Assembly (NCBI GenBank): GCA_903813345.2
Contig: CAIIXF020000001.1
Span: 5,084,001 to 5,148,000, forward strand
Length of the DNA: 64,000 nt
Direction of reading: 5' to 3'
Origin: Owenia fusiformis
Taxonomy: Eukaryota
The translations under genes were made by a program, and so were the position numbers. The notes below the pieces were generated by a model. The model was not told where the DNA came from. It was given only the letters and a program-made list of their open reading frames with translations, and did no database searches. This document shows positions 62,342-64,000 of the stretch, piece after piece; positions within the stretch are counted from its first letter, which is position 1, and each line of letters opens with the position of its first letter.

Positions 62342-62530
62342 CGCGCCAATCAGTGTTCGTCGGCCAAATTTGACCGACGTCCTATATATGGCCATTCCTT
62401 CTGACGTCATCGTTGAGCCCAGAATTGACCAATGACATGTGAACATTTAATTAGAACGCATTTGGCGTACGTTTATTTATGTGTGATTTATTACCCAAAC
62501 TGTCACCGGTACCCGTCGTGGGGGCGGGGC
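62342..62530 (-). promoter_or_regulatory. Probable ECE promoter / first non-coding exon region
   Basis: CpG-richer patch with CCAAT boxes (62346, 62429), TATA-like cctatatatgg (62381), CRE TGACGTCA (62402), GC box GGGGCGGGGC (62521), and a minus-strand gcg|gtgagt donor at 62341. Confidence 0.5.
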
Positions 62531-62871
62531 TACTAAACTGCAATATGGTCTCTACTAGGCACACGCAGGGTAGGTAAATCAATAACATACATTTCAAATA
62601 AATAAAAATTTCGTGAGATCTCGATCCATCCAGAGACGGACATATAGCTAAAACAGATCCATGCGAGAAGAAAAAATGTGGCTTCCACCTTAATCAGAAA
62701 TAAGAGCAAATAAACAACAAGGTGTCGAAGTTATACCCCATGCATCGAAGTTAGAATACCTCAAATTGAAACAAAATGTTGTCTATGTTAGAGTACAGGG
62801 AGGCAATGACGTCCATGTAGGTAGTTGTCCGACACTCAGTGTATGCAGGCATTTGTCCAACAATTACACCC

Positions 62872-62954
62872 TTACTCACGTCGAGAGCTACCATGTTAGA
62901 TTTTGAAAGTATAGCTTATACTTTCAAAATCTAAGTAGCTCTCGACGGGAGTAA
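62872..62954. repeat. Compound hairpin
   Basis: ttactcacgtcgagagctac / gtagctctcgacgggagtaa encloses ttagattttgaaagtata / tatactttcaaaatctaa. Confidence 0.8.
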
Positions 62955-64000
62955 TTACAGTACACCCCTTCTTGAATTTGAAAGTCCATGATGATCTAAA
63001 CATGTCTTTGAAATGGAAAGAAAGAACGTTATAAACATACTCACTTTTTGGACACCTATCACGAATGCATAAAAATAGAAGGCAATCTGCCAGAATGTTG
63101 TTGTAAAGCCACTTTGTCCATTCTCATTTTGTAATTTGGTGAAGTAAAAGTATAAACAAATCCAGGATCAAATGTCAATTGTGTTGGTAAAAATTTTCTT
63201 TTGCCTCATTTTGGTCCTCGATTTATTGCTCATTTTCGCTTTCGTTTTATATAAAAATACGCTATAATCACCCTCATAAAATACCACGATTCTGTTAAAA
63301 TGCCTAATCAGATAACTATTGCCAATTAGGCATATATTGTAGCTTATCATAAATCATAAAACATTATGAAAATTATTGAGACACCATTATGATAACTTCC
63401 GGGGTCAGTACAAACTTCACGAAAACACAGAGACATGTAGCACTATGATATGAGATGAGCACTATGATAGGCCCTGTAGTATATTAAAGTAGTATATAAA
63501 GCATATCAGTCTCCCATATCAGGCAGCCTCATATCAGTCATCATAAACGTGCTACAAGATCCTGTGCACGAAAACATCATTTTAAAGAGTTTTATGAAGA
63601 AATTGCATGTTCCACATTGTAAAAGTACATCAGTTTTATACATTATTCTAATAGTGCATGGTCTTATTGAGTTGAACGTTTGAACAACTAAACAATAACA
63701 TCTACCAATTTTTTTACATTTATTGTGGGCTATAATAGATGATAAAATACCATATTTAAGGTTCAGCTGGAAAGTAACATTTTGGTAAAAAATTGCTATA
63801 CCTGCACATGTTATTTTCTGGTACATAATTAAGTATGAAGGCATGTGTGTATTTCCTTGCTTTTTTCAGGAAAGTAGCATTACACTGTCTACTTTTAGTA
63901 AACCTGGAAACAGGTCAATGGTAGATCTAGCTCCTGTGTTGTCTGGAAACTTTGAAAGAAAATTTGGAAAAACAGGAAGTGTGAAATATCAGAATTCCCT

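Overview
AT-rich, intron-containing metazoan (invertebrate-like) genomic DNA; there are no operons or CRISPR arrays. Genes: (1) a complete 18-coding-exon M13 zinc metallopeptidase of the ECE/neprilysin family on the minus strand (53700->39236, about 769 aa, HELTH/VNAYY/GENIAD/CEVW motifs), with a candidate upstream micro-exon and promoter; (2) a plus-strand gene of unknown function with exons 12178-12723 and 14858-18628, encoding a large acidic/Lys-rich disordered protein with a 24-aa tandem repeat; (3) a second acidic ORF (32711-33727) that shares a C-terminal motif and a downstream flank with gene 2, possibly an old paralogue; (4) a probable first coding exon of an MGCSSSK (N-acylation motif) protein, with tandem RFX X-boxes upstream. 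Mobile DNA: a Gmr1-like Ty3/Gypsy element with apparently identical 845-bp LTRs that keeps an open gag-protease ORF but lacks RT/RNase H; a full-length mariner with one frameshift; a TA-flanked TIR relic carrying a decayed nuclease-like/CXC gene and a nested CACAGTG-type element; a 17+17-bp palindrome resembling a P-element excision footprint; a Helentron/HINE-like satellite carrier; and many MITEs. All coordinates and alignments were read by eye and no database search was run.
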